This document shows, piece by piece, positions 28,278 to 38,346 of a stretch of 64,000 nt of DNA. Both the position numbers and the translations under genes were made by a program. The stretch is from Nitrososphaerota archaeon. GTDB lineage: Archaea; Thermoproteota; Nitrososphaeria; Conexivisphaerales; UBA164. The stretch spans positions 5,684 through 69,683 of the forward strand of contig WYER01000008.1 of NCBI GenBank assembly GCA_009903795.1, given 5' to 3'. Positions within the stretch are counted from its first letter, which is position 1. Every line of letters begins with the position of its first letter. The notes under the pieces were generated by a model. The model had not been told where the DNA came from. It saw nothing but the letters and a program-made list of their open reading frames with translations, and ran no database searches.

Positions 28278-28472
28278 ATGAACAGGATAAGAAAATTAGC
28301 AGAAGAATTATTAAAACAGTATAGTGAAAAATTTACCGATAATTTTGAAGAAAATAAAAAAGTTTTAAACGAAATAGCGGAAATCAAATCAAAATATTTA
28401 AGAAATAAAGTAGCTGGTTATATAACCAGAATTGTAGCAAGGTCTAAGGTGGTAGAAAAGGTTGAGCAGTAA
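28278..28472 (+). CDS. rps17e: 30S ribosomal protein S17e
   Basis: IRKLAEELLKQYSEKFTDNFEENKK......KYLRNKVAGYITRI matches the archaeal S17e pattern. Confidence 0.85.
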   Translation: MNRIRKLAEELLKQYSEKFTDNFEENKKVLNEIAEIKSKYLRNKVAGYITRIVARSKVVEKVEQ

Positions 28473-29292
28473 CAGTTGGATGGACCAGTTATCTTTTACG
28501 ATAACATTTTTAAAAATTTCTGAAGTAAAGCCGCATGAAGAAATAATTGAAAAGAACGCATCTGAACTCATAAAATCTATAAAAAAGGATGGTGTTCAGA
28601 TAGATCCTGTTATTGTGGATAAAAATACTAATGTAGCGTTAGACGGAATGCACAGAATTTTGGCTTTAAGGGCTATTGATGCTAAAAGAATAATGGTCGC
28701 AAAGGTTGATTATTTCGATGAAAAAATAAAGGTTCATAGATGGCTTAGGGCTGTAAGAAACTTTTCAATGGCCCTTTTGGATGAGCTTAAGGTTGTTTTT
28801 GAACTAAAAAAAGCTACTAGCCAGTTAGAGGCTATGCAAGCTGTTGATAACGAGAAATCGCCAATAGCAATTTTAGTTGGCAATGTAGGCTATTTTTCTT
28901 CTTTAAATGCGACAGGATTTGAACGATTTAACTTGATAAGAGAATTTGATAAAAGAATAAAAGAGTATTCTGGAATAATGGAAAAAGAGATAGAACAATA
29001 CTTAAATAACGGATTCCTTATTTTGTATGTTAAAAAGCCTGAAAAAGAAGAGGTTATAAAGGCAGGTCTAACCGGAACCCTATTTCCTCCAAAGTCAACC
29101 AGACACGTTATACCTTTTAGGCCAGTAAATTTAAGATGTCCATTGGAGCTTTTATCTGGAAAGTTTAACGATCAGGAGGCTTACGAAATTTTATCTAGAT
29201 TAATTGAATCATCGCCGAAAAAGGTGCTTCCGCCCTACAGTATTTATGCGGGAAGGATATACGAAGAGGAACTTGTACTTTATAATGGCTAA
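28462..29292 (+). CDS. ParB/sulfiredoxin-fold domain protein (possible ADP-dependent serine kinase SerK-like)
   Basis: LKISEVKPHEE...L.KSIKKDGVQIDPVIVD.NTNVALDGMHRILAL is the ParB/Srx N-domain pattern (DGxHR). Confidence 0.5.
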   Translation: MSSNSWMDQLSFTITFLKISEVKPHEEIIEKNASELIKSIKKDGVQIDPVIVDKNTNVALDGMHRILALRAIDAKRIMVAKVDYFDEKIKVHRWLRAVRNFSMALLDELKVVFELKKATSQLEAMQAVDNEKSPIAILVGNVGYFSSLNATGFERFNLIREFDKRIKEYSGIMEKEIEQYLNNGFLILYVKKPEKEEVIKAGLTGTLFPPKSTRHVIPFRPVNLRCPLELLSGKFNDQEAYEILSRLIESSPKKVLPPYSIYAGRIYEEELVLYNG

Positions 29293-29629
29293 AGGCTTAG
29301 TTTTTTACGCAAAACGAAACGATAAAGCCTGAACAGGCAACAATCATTTTATAAATCGTTCGACCTTTTTACGGCAAAACTGGTCAACTTAAAGCGTGGG
29401 TGCCTGAGAATTAAGCTCAGGCTGTAATGGCTTTTGCTGAAAACCAAACACTTCTACAGTTTGTGTCCAGCTGCTCTTATATGTTATGTTTCATAGCGCA
29501 ATAGCACCCGTAAAAAGATGTAACCTTTAGACCTCAAGAACCCTAGTTGCTTCATGGCAATTAAAAGGTCAGAATTCTTATTTTTTTCACAAATAATTAT
29601 ATATCCTTAGTACAAAGGAGTATAAGGCG

Positions 29630-30389
29630 ATGTAATATTGCAGAAATACTGAACGTATTAGATGTTAGTTATAAATATCCAAGCGGGAAAGAGGTATTTA
29701 AGAACATAAGTTTTTCTACGCAAGAAAATGAATTTGTTTCAATAGTAGGTCCTTCTGGAATAGGGAAAAGCACTCTTTTAAGAGTTATAAGTCGTCTTAT
29801 ACCTCCAACAACGGGCAAGATATTTCTTATGGGGGAGGAGGTTTTGAAGCCTACTTATAAAATAGCTCTCATACACCAGTCTATAGCAACGTTTCCATGG
29901 ATGACAGCTTTGGAAAACGTTAAGCTAGGGCTTATAAGCAGAAAACTTAGCAAAGAAGAAATAAATTACAAAGCTATGAAAGCGCTAGAAGTTGTTGGTT
30001 TAAGAGGTGCAGAAAACCTTTATCCGAAAGAAATGAGCGGCGGCATGAGACAGAGAGTTGCTATAGCAAGAGCTCTTGCAGCAGATCCTTTGGTTCTCTT
30101 GATGGATGAGCCTTTTGTCCATCTGGATGAACTTACTGCTGAGGGTTTAAGGCACGAAATATATGACATACTATTTAATCCGGATACAACGCTAAAAACA
30201 GTAATACTCGTCTCGCATAATTTAAACGAAGTAATAGAACTTTCAGATAGGGTGCTCGTTATGAACGGTTCTCCTGCTAAAATAGTAGATGACATAATAA
30301 TAGACATGCCAAGACCAAGAAGCGCAAAAGATAAAAAATTTGATGAATACTTGGATAAGATTTATTCTTCTTTAACGCCTATAAGATGA
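29630..30389 (+). CDS. ABC transporter ATP-binding protein (NitT/TauT-like); 5' end anomalous
   Basis: Walker A GPSGIGKST (29748-), signature MSGGMRQRVAIARAL, Walker B LLMDEPF. The frame is open from 29565 but has no ATG/GTG/TTG before 29829. ATG 29630 is one nucleotide out of frame. Confidence 0.8.
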
Positions 30390-32017
30390 GCGGCATGAAT
30401 CAGGTTATAGTAATACAACTTGCAACTCTCGCAACCATCAGCAGAGTTTTGGGATTAATAATGCTTTCAATAATTCTTGGGTGGTTCTTAGCTTATGCCT
30501 CTATAAAGAGCAAAATTTTCGAAAACATTTACATATCTACTATTGCCGCTATGGAATCGGTTCCTGTAATAACGTTCTTTCCTGTTGTTCTTATAATATT
30601 TGTTTACAGAATAGGTGGATACCTAGGCACTGAGCTAGCCGCTGACTTTTTGGTTTTTACTGCAGTTGTCTGGAACATTTGGGTAGCTCAGTACCAGTCT
30701 TTTAAAACGATACCTTCAGATTTGCTTGAAGTTTCTGAAAATTATGAATTTGGGTTTTTTAAGAAGCTTAGGCATCTTTATATACCGTTTTCGCTGCCTA
30801 AGATAGCCGCGAACCTCTTTCCTAGTTTTGCGGATGCTCTTTTTTACATAACCGTGAGCGAAGTTTTTACTGTAGGTACGACTTCATTTCACGTTTTTGG
30901 TATAGGATATGTACTGCCAATGCTCATAGCAGAAGGAAAATGGAACCTAGTTTACATAGGTCTTGCAACTCTAGCCGCATGGGTTTCGGCATTAACTTTA
31001 ATCTTTAGATTTTATTCAAGATATGCAGTCGCAAAGTATGGTTTGGATACAATGACCCCAGTAAGGAGAAGAGGAAGGATAAATCTGATGAGAAGCTCCG
31101 AAAGGTGGAACTCACTTACAGGTCCTATGAAGCGTTTGTCGAGGTTTTTTGTAAGCATTGCAAAAGTTCCATTGCCAGTTAGACAGCCTGTAAGTAAGAG
31201 ATGGGAAAGGTTAAGAAAAAGCACAAAATACTTAATTCTTTCTGCAAGCGCTTTTATTCTTGTTTTAATAAGCTGGGAGATAGCGTCTTTTGTAATTACA
31301 ATACCTTTAAACTATTGGTCCTTTTTATTCTTTCACACTCCACTTATACTTTACAACCTAAGTATAGATTACATTAGAGTAGCAATAATCGCTGTTATAT
31401 CTCTCGTTTTGTCAATAACTCTGGGATACATTTTAGCTATAAGGCAGAGAATTGCATCTTTCTTGCTTCCAATTATTCAGATAATATCTGCATTCCCAGC
31501 GCCAATTTATTTTCCCATAGTATTCTTCTTAACCTACAAATATGTTATGATTAGCCCTATAGGCACTGAGCTTTACATAATTTTCTTAGGATTTATCAGC
31601 ACCTTTTATTATGTATTTTATAGTTTCTGGATGGGCGTTCAGGCAATACCCGTAGAATTTTGGGAAATAATGAATAATTACGAAATGGGGTTTTTTACGA
31701 AAATGAGAAAGGTGATACTCCCTGCGACATTTCCATATCTGATAGCTGGCCTTTCCAGCACAATAAACAGCGCTTGGGGAGGGCTTATGATTGGCGAATA
31801 CTGGCCTCAGATATATGATGGGCAGAGCTTAATAGCTAACGCAGGACTCATGAAGATGCTTGACATTTACACTTATGAAGGGAAAATAGGTTTAGCTGCA
31901 TGGTCATCTTTAGTATTCGCAATAATCGTAGTTCTTTTTAGCATATTTTTTACAAAAAAGATGATGAGTTTGGCCCGCGAAAAATACATTATAGAAGAAG
32001 GAGTTTACGCAGCATAA
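30386..32017 (+). CDS. ABC transporter permease, duplicated (two fused BPD_transp_1-type domains)
   Basis: 543 aa, about 12 TM segments, internal repeat (...NYEFGFFKKLRHLYIPFSLP... and ...NYEMGFFTKMRKVILPATFP...). Overlaps the ATPase stop by 4 nt. Confidence 0.8.
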   Translation: MSGMNQVIVIQLATLATISRVLGLIMLSIILGWFLAYASIKSKIFENIYISTIAAMESVPVITFFPVVLIIFVYRIGGYLGTELAADFLVFTAVVWNIWVAQYQSFKTIPSDLLEVSENYEFGFFKKLRHLYIPFSLPKIAANLFPSFADALFYITVSEVFTVGTTSFHVFGIGYVLPMLIAEGKWNLVYIGLATLAAWVSALTLIFRFYSRYAVAKYGLDTMTPVRRRGRINLMRSSERWNSLTGPMKRLSRFFVSIAKVPLPVRQPVSKRWERLRKSTKYLILSASAFILVLISWEIASFVITIPLNYWSFLFFHTPLILYNLSIDYIRVAIIAVISLVLSITLGYILAIRQRIASFLLPIIQIISAFPAPIYFPIVFFLTYKYVMISPIGTELYIIFLGFISTFYYVFYSFWMGVQAIPVEFWEIMNNYEMGFFTKMRKVILPATFPYLIAGLSSTINSAWGGLMIGEYWPQIYDGQSLIANAGLMKMLDIYTYEGKIGLAAWSSLVFAIIVVLFSIFFTKKMMSLAREKYIIEEGVYAA

Positions 32018-32193
32018 GTTAACTATCCTAAACCCAAGTTAGTTCTTCTCATTTTACAAATGCTGAAAGCTTCGCAATTTATAGCGTGGATTGAAAGAAC
32101 CAAGGTTTTTATCTACGTTTTTAAAAAATGGTTGTGAGTTATAAATCAATGTACAAAGTTAAGAATCAACATAATAAAACAGCAAAACTTTTA

Positions 32194-33528
32194 TTATGAA
32201 AAAAGTTTCTGTAAACTTTCGCATATTCTTGCTAAAAGTTTCAAAAGCTCATCGAGATCTTTTGAAAATAGCACTATATTTCCTTCAAGTCCATATCCTG
32301 GCGGTTCCACTAAAGCCCATGATTTTAACCCTTTTTGTTTGAGCTCTTCCAAAACCGGACAATAAGAATCGGTGCTTTTAACCTCCTGTAACACATAACC
32401 CATATCTTTTAATACCTTTACAACACCTTCATGAAGCCTTAAATTTATTGCAATCCTGATGCTTGGATCACTTTTCATTGCTTCTTTAAGCACTAGCGCC
32501 ATATGTTTTGAAGAACCATAAGCCGGTTTTCCTACCCTTATACCTTTAACGCTCCTGACTATTCTTCCGTCTACCCCTGCTATCTTTTCAACTGGATCAC
32601 CTGCTGATTCAGCTAAAACTACGTTGGTACCTACCTCTGGAATGAGCTCGCTCAAACATTTTATGGTCTTAACTTTTTTTAGAAAAACAGCAAGCTTGTT
32701 AAGCTTAACATCCCAGCTGCTAACAGCCCCGTATAGCTCAACTAGCTCAGAAGAAAATTTTGCGGTTAACCCTTCTTCTCTTCTTGTTATTTCGCCAATT
32801 ATTGCGCAATCTTCAAATTTATTACATATAGATTTATAATGTGCCTTGTCAGCTATAGCTATAACTGTCCCATAAGAAGGATCAGCTGCAGACCTTCCAC
32901 CAAGAAGCTCATAAAAATTTTCATCAAGCCTTATGCCCAAACCAATGTTTTCCTGTATTTCTAAAAGCGCGCCCCATAACCCTCCTTCAGAAACATCGTG
33001 CAGAAGTTTTACTTCATTGGTTTTATACAAAGCTTTTAAAAAATTTACTGGCGTAAGTTTTCTCCACTCTATTACATTGTAGCTTTTCCCTGCCAAGTAT
33101 TCGAGCCATTCTGATTCTAAAAAAGGTTTGCCAATAAGAAGAACCTCATCGCCTAAAGTTGGTTTTTCACGATTTAAATTTACTTTTCTTCCTACAGCGT
33201 TTGTCACTATCAAGGGCATCTCAAGGCCATCATAGCAACCTGTATGTCCGCCAATTACTTTGACATCAAAATTTTCGGCCTCTTTTAGGTATGTTTCATA
33301 TAATTTTATTGCTTTTTCACAATCATCTGGTGGCAATAAAATTTCGTCAAACACGTAAAGCGGTTCTGAAAATTTTGCATAAATGTTGCCTAGGGCATAA
33401 GAAAGCGAGAAAAAAGGCAGCGTATCTTCAGGCAGACCTATCGCTGGGGCCGTCGCATAAGTATAGTTTTCAGAAGAAAAGCCATTTAATGATCTTTTAA
33501 TTCTTAATTTTCCCAAACCTTTGTCCAT
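32194..33528 (-). CDS. fusion protein: AIR-synthase-related (PurM/ThiL-like) domain + ThiN-type thiamine-phosphate synthase domain
   Basis: N-terminal part has VIGGHTG and HDVSEGGLWGALLE (PurM-superfamily). C-terminal part has IPEVGTNVV...IAGVDGRIV...GKPAYGSSKHMALVL (ThiN pattern). Confidence 0.55.
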   Translation of the reverse strand: MDKGLGKLRIKRSLNGFSSENYTYATAPAIGLPEDTLPFFSLSYALGNIYAKFSEPLYVFDEILLPPDDCEKAIKLYETYLKEAENFDVKVIGGHTGCYDGLEMPLIVTNAVGRKVNLNREKPTLGDEVLLIGKPFLESEWLEYLAGKSYNVIEWRKLTPVNFLKALYKTNEVKLLHDVSEGGLWGALLEIQENIGLGIRLDENFYELLGGRSAADPSYGTVIAIADKAHYKSICNKFEDCAIIGEITRREEGLTAKFSSELVELYGAVSSWDVKLNKLAVFLKKVKTIKCLSELIPEVGTNVVLAESAGDPVEKIAGVDGRIVRSVKGIRVGKPAYGSSKHMALVLKEAMKSDPSIRIAINLRLHEGVVKVLKDMGYVLQEVKSTDSYCPVLEELKQKGLKSWALVEPPGYGLEGNIVLFSKDLDELLKLLARICESLQKLFS

Positions 33529-33576
33529 ACAGATAATGATTAAACGCTTATATTTAAATCAGAATTTAAAAAAGGC

Positions 33577-34995
33577 ATGCAAGAAAGACCTAGCAAAAAA
33601 AACTTTAGCCGGTGGTATGATTATGTTATTTATAACGCTGACCTTATTGACATAAGATATGGCGTAAAGGGAACTGTAGTCTATAAACCTAAAGCAATGG
33701 AAATTATAGATTCGCTTTATTCACTTTTTGAATCTAAACTAAAGGAAAGAGGACATAAAAAATACCTTTTTCCTCTTTTTATAAATTTTAGCTCCTTCAA
33801 AAAAGAGGCAGAGCATATCAAAGGTTTTGAAGAAGAAGTTTTTATAGTAAATAAGGCTGGAGGGAAAGAGCTTGAGGAACCCCTTATAATAAGGCCTACA
33901 TCTGAAACAGCTTTCTATCCAATGTTTTCTATATGGATAAAGAGCTATAGAGATCTCCCAATGAAGACTTATCAGTCAGTTGCTGTTTATAGGTACGAAA
34001 CAAAGGCAACTAGACCTCTTTTTAGAGGCAGAGAATTCCTTTGGATAGAAACCCACAACGTATTTTCAAGCGAAGAGGAAGCAAGGAAGCACGTGGAAGA
34101 AGACATAAGTATGATGAGCGAACAGCTTAAGGGATTAGGAATCCCCTACTTAATAGTTAAAAGAGAACCTTTTGATAGATTTCCGGGTGCGGACGAGAGC
34201 TACGCTTATGATGCGATAATGCCAAACGGAGAGGTTTTGCAGGTAGCTACAACTCACTATTTGGGTCAGAACTTTACTAAGCCATTCGAAGTTAAATATC
34301 TAGACCAAAATGGCAACTACAGGATTCCTTACAGTACCACACTTGGAATAGGAATAACAAGAATACTTGCAGCAATAATATCTGTTCATGGAGACGATTA
34401 CGGACTTTATATTCCGCCTCAACTTTCTTCTGTTAAAGGCTTAATAATTCCTATATATTACGGAAGTTCTGAGGAAGCAGTTAAACAATACGTTCAAAAA
34501 GTGTTAGAATATGCTAAACCTCACATTTTTATTCCTGATTTTGGAGAAGAAACACCAGGAGAAAAATTTTACAAAAGCGAGCTTTATGGATTTCCGTTAA
34601 GAATTGAAATAGGAAGAAAGGAAGCAGAAAATAACACTGTCACGATTTTTAGAAGAGATATAAGGAAAAAACTTACAGTACCATTAAAGGATCTAAAAAT
34701 AAAATTGGATGAGACATTGGAGAACATGCAGGTTAGCCTTAAGAATAAGTCAGAAACTATAAAAAGCATTCCAGAAGCAAATAACAAAGATGAAGTAATA
34801 AAGTTGCTTAAAGAATACCCCATAATCAAGATTAACTTCTGTGGAAGAGCTGAATGTGCACAAGACCTTAAGAAAACAACAGGAGGATACGAAATAAGAG
34901 GGGAACTGGTCGGCGAAACAGAAAAAGCCGGAGAAAAATGCTCTTGGTGTGGAGAAAAGGCTATCAAAAAGGTTATAGTAGCAAGGTCGTTCTAA
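33577..34995 (+). CDS. proS: prolyl-tRNA synthetase (archaeal/eukaryotic type)
   Basis: Class II motifs (IRPTSETAFYPMF, FRGREFLWIETH) and a C-terminal zinc-binding domain. Confidence 0.9.
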   Translation: MQERPSKKNFSRWYDYVIYNADLIDIRYGVKGTVVYKPKAMEIIDSLYSLFESKLKERGHKKYLFPLFINFSSFKKEAEHIKGFEEEVFIVNKAGGKELEEPLIIRPTSETAFYPMFSIWIKSYRDLPMKTYQSVAVYRYETKATRPLFRGREFLWIETHNVFSSEEEARKHVEEDISMMSEQLKGLGIPYLIVKREPFDRFPGADESYAYDAIMPNGEVLQVATTHYLGQNFTKPFEVKYLDQNGNYRIPYSTTLGIGITRILAAIISVHGDDYGLYIPPQLSSVKGLIIPIYYGSSEEAVKQYVQKVLEYAKPHIFIPDFGEETPGEKFYKSELYGFPLRIEIGRKEAENNTVTIFRRDIRKKLTVPLKDLKIKLDETLENMQVSLKNKSETIKSIPEANNKDEVIKLLKEYPIIKINFCGRAECAQDLKKTTGGYEIRGELVGETEKAGEKCSWCGEKAIKKVIVARSF

Positions 34996-35293
34996 CGCTT
35001 TTTATCCGTCAAATTTTTTAGTTTACATATTCCGGTTTTGTCCATTTATTCCCAAATTTAATCATTAAATAAGCTAACGCAATGGATTTCGTGTTGTTTG
35101 TTCTGTACAGATTATTTTGTTGCAATGCTGCACCATTTACTTGCCTTTTCATAAGCCATGGCATTGGCTAGCAGCATCTTTGTCTTTTATTAATATTAAG
35201 CGATTGTATGTAAAAATTTATTGTCAAACCACATATTCCATAACGTTTTAATATACCATCAATAAAATATTTGCGAGGGGAAAATGGTGGAAG

Positions 35294-36484
35294 GTGATTT
35301 ACTTTATATACGTCCTGAAGATGGGAGGATCCGTCCTTACTGACCCCGATCAAATAAAGAAAGCAATTTCTACAATACAAAAAATTGTGTCTGAAGGAAA
35401 AAGCGTTGTTGTTGTGGTCTCAGCCCTTAAAGGAGAAACAAACAGGTTAGACGATATAGCTAACAAGCTTCATATAGAGGACAAGGCAGACAGAGCTGAA
35501 ATAATTTCTATGGGAGAAAGGGTAAGCGCAAGAATAATGGTCGGTGCGCTTAAAGCAAACGGAATAGACGCAGTACTAATAGATCCGCAGAATGAGCTTT
35601 GGCCCATACACAGTTTTGGAGATTACCTTAATGCAGACGTTGACATAGAAAAAACAAAAGAAGACGTTCAAAGAAAGCTATTTCCTCTAATAAAAAGTGG
35701 AAAAGTACCAGTTGTATGTGGCTTCATAGGCGTAAATGAAGAGAAGAAAATACAGACTCTTGGCAGAGGAGGAAGTGACACTACCGCAGTAGTGCTTGGA
35801 AATGCTCTTAAAGCCAGGGAGGTCGTTCTTTTCAAAGACGTAGGTATAGCTTTCTCAGGAGATCCAAAAAAAGCTCAAAACGTAAAGGCCCTTGACGAGC
35901 TTGATATTGACGAGGCGCTCGCCTTGTCGGCTGGAGGTTCAGGTCTTATACATTACAAGGCCTTTAAATACTTGAACACCGTACTAAGAGTGACAAGCTT
36001 AGATGCAGGTCTTGCAAGCGGAACTATTATTAATCCGACAAACGGAATAGGCGTTTCTATAACAGCAAAAGACGTGAGCATGGTCACGATAATACCTGAG
36101 CATGATAGCCCCGAAATATTAGAAAAGGTAACAAGCGTAATAAATTCGATCGGTTCACAAATATACGGTATTTTTATAGGTTCGAAAGCGATCTTACTTT
36201 ATGTTTCAGAAAAACCCGATCTATACCAAAAGGTTCATGAAAAACTGGTAAACAGCGGAGAAGCAAAAGCCATAAGCGTAATGCCCTCCCTTTCTGAAAT
36301 AACTGTAAAATCTTTCGATCTTGAAGCAACTCCAGGCTATCTTAGCATGGTAGTTTCGCCTCTTGCAGAAAAAGGCATAAACATTTACGGCGTTATTACC
36401 GCAACAAGTTCGATAAAAATTTATGTAAGTTCAAATAACGCAGAAGATGCGTTAAATTTTATAAGGCAAAAAGTGGAGGTGTAG
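35294..36484 (+). CDS. aspartate kinase
   Basis: VLKMGGSVL (KFGG-like), GRGGSDTTA, C-terminal ACT-like repeats. GTG start. Confidence 0.85.
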   Translation: MIYFIYVLKMGGSVLTDPDQIKKAISTIQKIVSEGKSVVVVVSALKGETNRLDDIANKLHIEDKADRAEIISMGERVSARIMVGALKANGIDAVLIDPQNELWPIHSFGDYLNADVDIEKTKEDVQRKLFPLIKSGKVPVVCGFIGVNEEKKIQTLGRGGSDTTAVVLGNALKAREVVLFKDVGIAFSGDPKKAQNVKALDELDIDEALALSAGGSGLIHYKAFKYLNTVLRVTSLDAGLASGTIINPTNGIGVSITAKDVSMVTIIPEHDSPEILEKVTSVINSIGSQIYGIFIGSKAILLYVSEKPDLYQKVHEKLVNSGEAKAISVMPSLSEITVKSFDLEATPGYLSMVVSPLAEKGINIYGVITATSSIKIYVSSNNAEDALNFIRQKVEV

Positions 36485-36491
36485 AGAAGTA

Positions 36492-37562
36492 ATGAAGGAA
36501 AAGCTAGAAGTTGGGATTTTAGGAGCTACAGGAATGGTGGGTGCTGAATACGTAAGGATGCTTGCAAACCATCCATGGTTTAAAATAAAGTATGTTATAG
36601 GCAAAAAGTCTGCAGGTAAAAAGTTTAAAGAAGCCAAGGCCGGAGAATGGGTAACGTCTTACGAACCCCCTAAAGAAATATCGGAGATGGTAGTAGAGGA
36701 AGCTAATGCTGAAAAGCAAAGCGCAGACATGTTCTTCAGCTGTCTTCCAACTGATGCTGCTAGAGAGTTAGAACCTTTGTATGCAAAATACTTCCCTACC
36801 TTCAGCGATGCATCAGCTTACAGGATGGAACCAGACGTACCGTTATTGATACCAGAAATTAACCCCGAACAGTGGGTCTTGATCAAGGAACAGAAGAAAA
36901 GAGGGTGGAAAGGATTTTTAACAACCGGTCCTAACTGTACTTCGATAGGCTTAAATGTAACGCTAAAGCCGTTGCATGAAGAATTTAAAATAAAAAAGGT
37001 AGTGGTAGCAACCATGCAGGCTGTAAGCGGTGCAGGCTTCCCGGGCGTAGCCAGCATGAGTATACTTGATAACGTAATACCATACATAAAGGACGAAGAA
37101 GAAAAGGTCTTTATAGAAACTAACAAAATACTCGGAAAGGTAGTCGACAACCGCGTTGAGTTTGCGAACATAGATGTTGCTGCAATGTGTCATAGAGTTC
37201 CGACTATAGACGGCCACATGGAAAGCGTATTTATTGAGACTGAGAAAAAAATAACGCCAGAAGATGCAGCTGAGGTTTTAAGAAATTTCAAAGGGTTACC
37301 ACAAGAGCTAAAACTGCCTACAGCTCCAGATCAGCCAATAATAGTGAGAGAAGAGCCAGACAGGCCTCAGACAAGGCTTGACAGATATGCAGGGTCCATA
37401 CCTGGCATGAGTGTAGTTGTTGGAAGAATAAGGAAAGGTCTTGACGATCACTCTTTAAGGTATGTGCTTTTGTCTCACAACACAATAAGAGGCGCCGCTG
37501 GAAACACAATATTGACTGCAGAAATGTTCCATAAAGAGGGGTGGATGTATGACTACAGGTAA
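36492..37562 (+). CDS. asd: aspartate-semialdehyde dehydrogenase
   Basis: GILGATGMVG, active-site GPNCTSIGL. Confidence 0.9.
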   Translation: MKEKLEVGILGATGMVGAEYVRMLANHPWFKIKYVIGKKSAGKKFKEAKAGEWVTSYEPPKEISEMVVEEANAEKQSADMFFSCLPTDAARELEPLYAKYFPTFSDASAYRMEPDVPLLIPEINPEQWVLIKEQKKRGWKGFLTTGPNCTSIGLNVTLKPLHEEFKIKKVVVATMQAVSGAGFPGVASMSILDNVIPYIKDEEEKVFIETNKILGKVVDNRVEFANIDVAAMCHRVPTIDGHMESVFIETEKKITPEDAAEVLRNFKGLPQELKLPTAPDQPIIVREEPDRPQTRLDRYAGSIPGMSVVVGRIRKGLDDHSLRYVLLSHNTIRGAAGNTILTAEMFHKEGWMYDYR

Positions 37563-38346
37563 GGCAAGACGGCTTTCAAAGATTTTGAGAGATGGCAGAA
37601 TACTTTGTGTTCCTATGGATCACGGAGTTAGTGACGGTCCTATAAAGGGTCTCGAAGATATAAACAAAATAGTTAAAGATGTTGACGAAGGAGGAGCAAC
37701 ATCTGTAATACTTCACAAAGGGTCTATAAAGGCACTTAAATATCAGCCAAATTTGGGAATAATCATGCACGCTTCCGCGAGCACAAGCTACGGTCCAACG
37801 CCTTATCACAAGGTATTGGTTTCGAGCGTTGAAGAAGCCATAATTCTTGGAGCCGATGCAATCTCGTTACACATAAACGTAGGTGCAAACATGGAAAACG
37901 ATATGCTTGCAAAGCTTGGCAAAGTTGCGGACGAAGCTGACAGATGGGGCATGCCGCTTATAGCCATGATGTATGTAAGGGGTGAAAATGTGAAGAATCA
38001 GTACGATCCAGAACTGATAAAAAGGGCCGTCAGATTAGGCGGTGAACTTGGGGCAGATATAGTAAAGGCTCCATTTACAGGGGACGTAGAGACGTTTAAA
38101 GAAGTTGTGAGAGGCTCTCTGGTTCCCGTTGCTATAGCAGGAGGACCAAAGCTTGACAGCGTCAAGGCTGTGTTTCAGATGGCAAAAGCCGCCATAGAAG
38201 CAGGCGCAATCGGCGTAACTTTTGGCAGGAACATTTTTCAAGATAAAAACCCTAAAGCTGTTGTAAAGGCACTTGGCAAGATAATATTTAATAACCTTGA
38301 TGTAGATGATGCGGTAAGAACTTACAATGAAGAAAGTAATAGTTAA
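37549..38346 (+). CDS. aroA': 2-amino-3,7-dideoxy-D-threo-hept-6-ulosonate (ADH) synthase, DhnA-type class I aldolase
   Basis: VPMDHGVSDGP, ...DIVKAPFTG (Schiff-base Lys context). Position directly upstream of DHQ synthase II. Confidence 0.75.
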   Translation: MTTGKARRLSKILRDGRILCVPMDHGVSDGPIKGLEDINKIVKDVDEGGATSVILHKGSIKALKYQPNLGIIMHASASTSYGPTPYHKVLVSSVEEAIILGADAISLHINVGANMENDMLAKLGKVADEADRWGMPLIAMMYVRGENVKNQYDPELIKRAVRLGGELGADIVKAPFTGDVETFKEVVRGSLVPVAIAGGPKLDSVKAVFQMAKAAIEAGAIGVTFGRNIFQDKNPKAVVKALGKIIFNNLDVDDAVRTYNEESNS

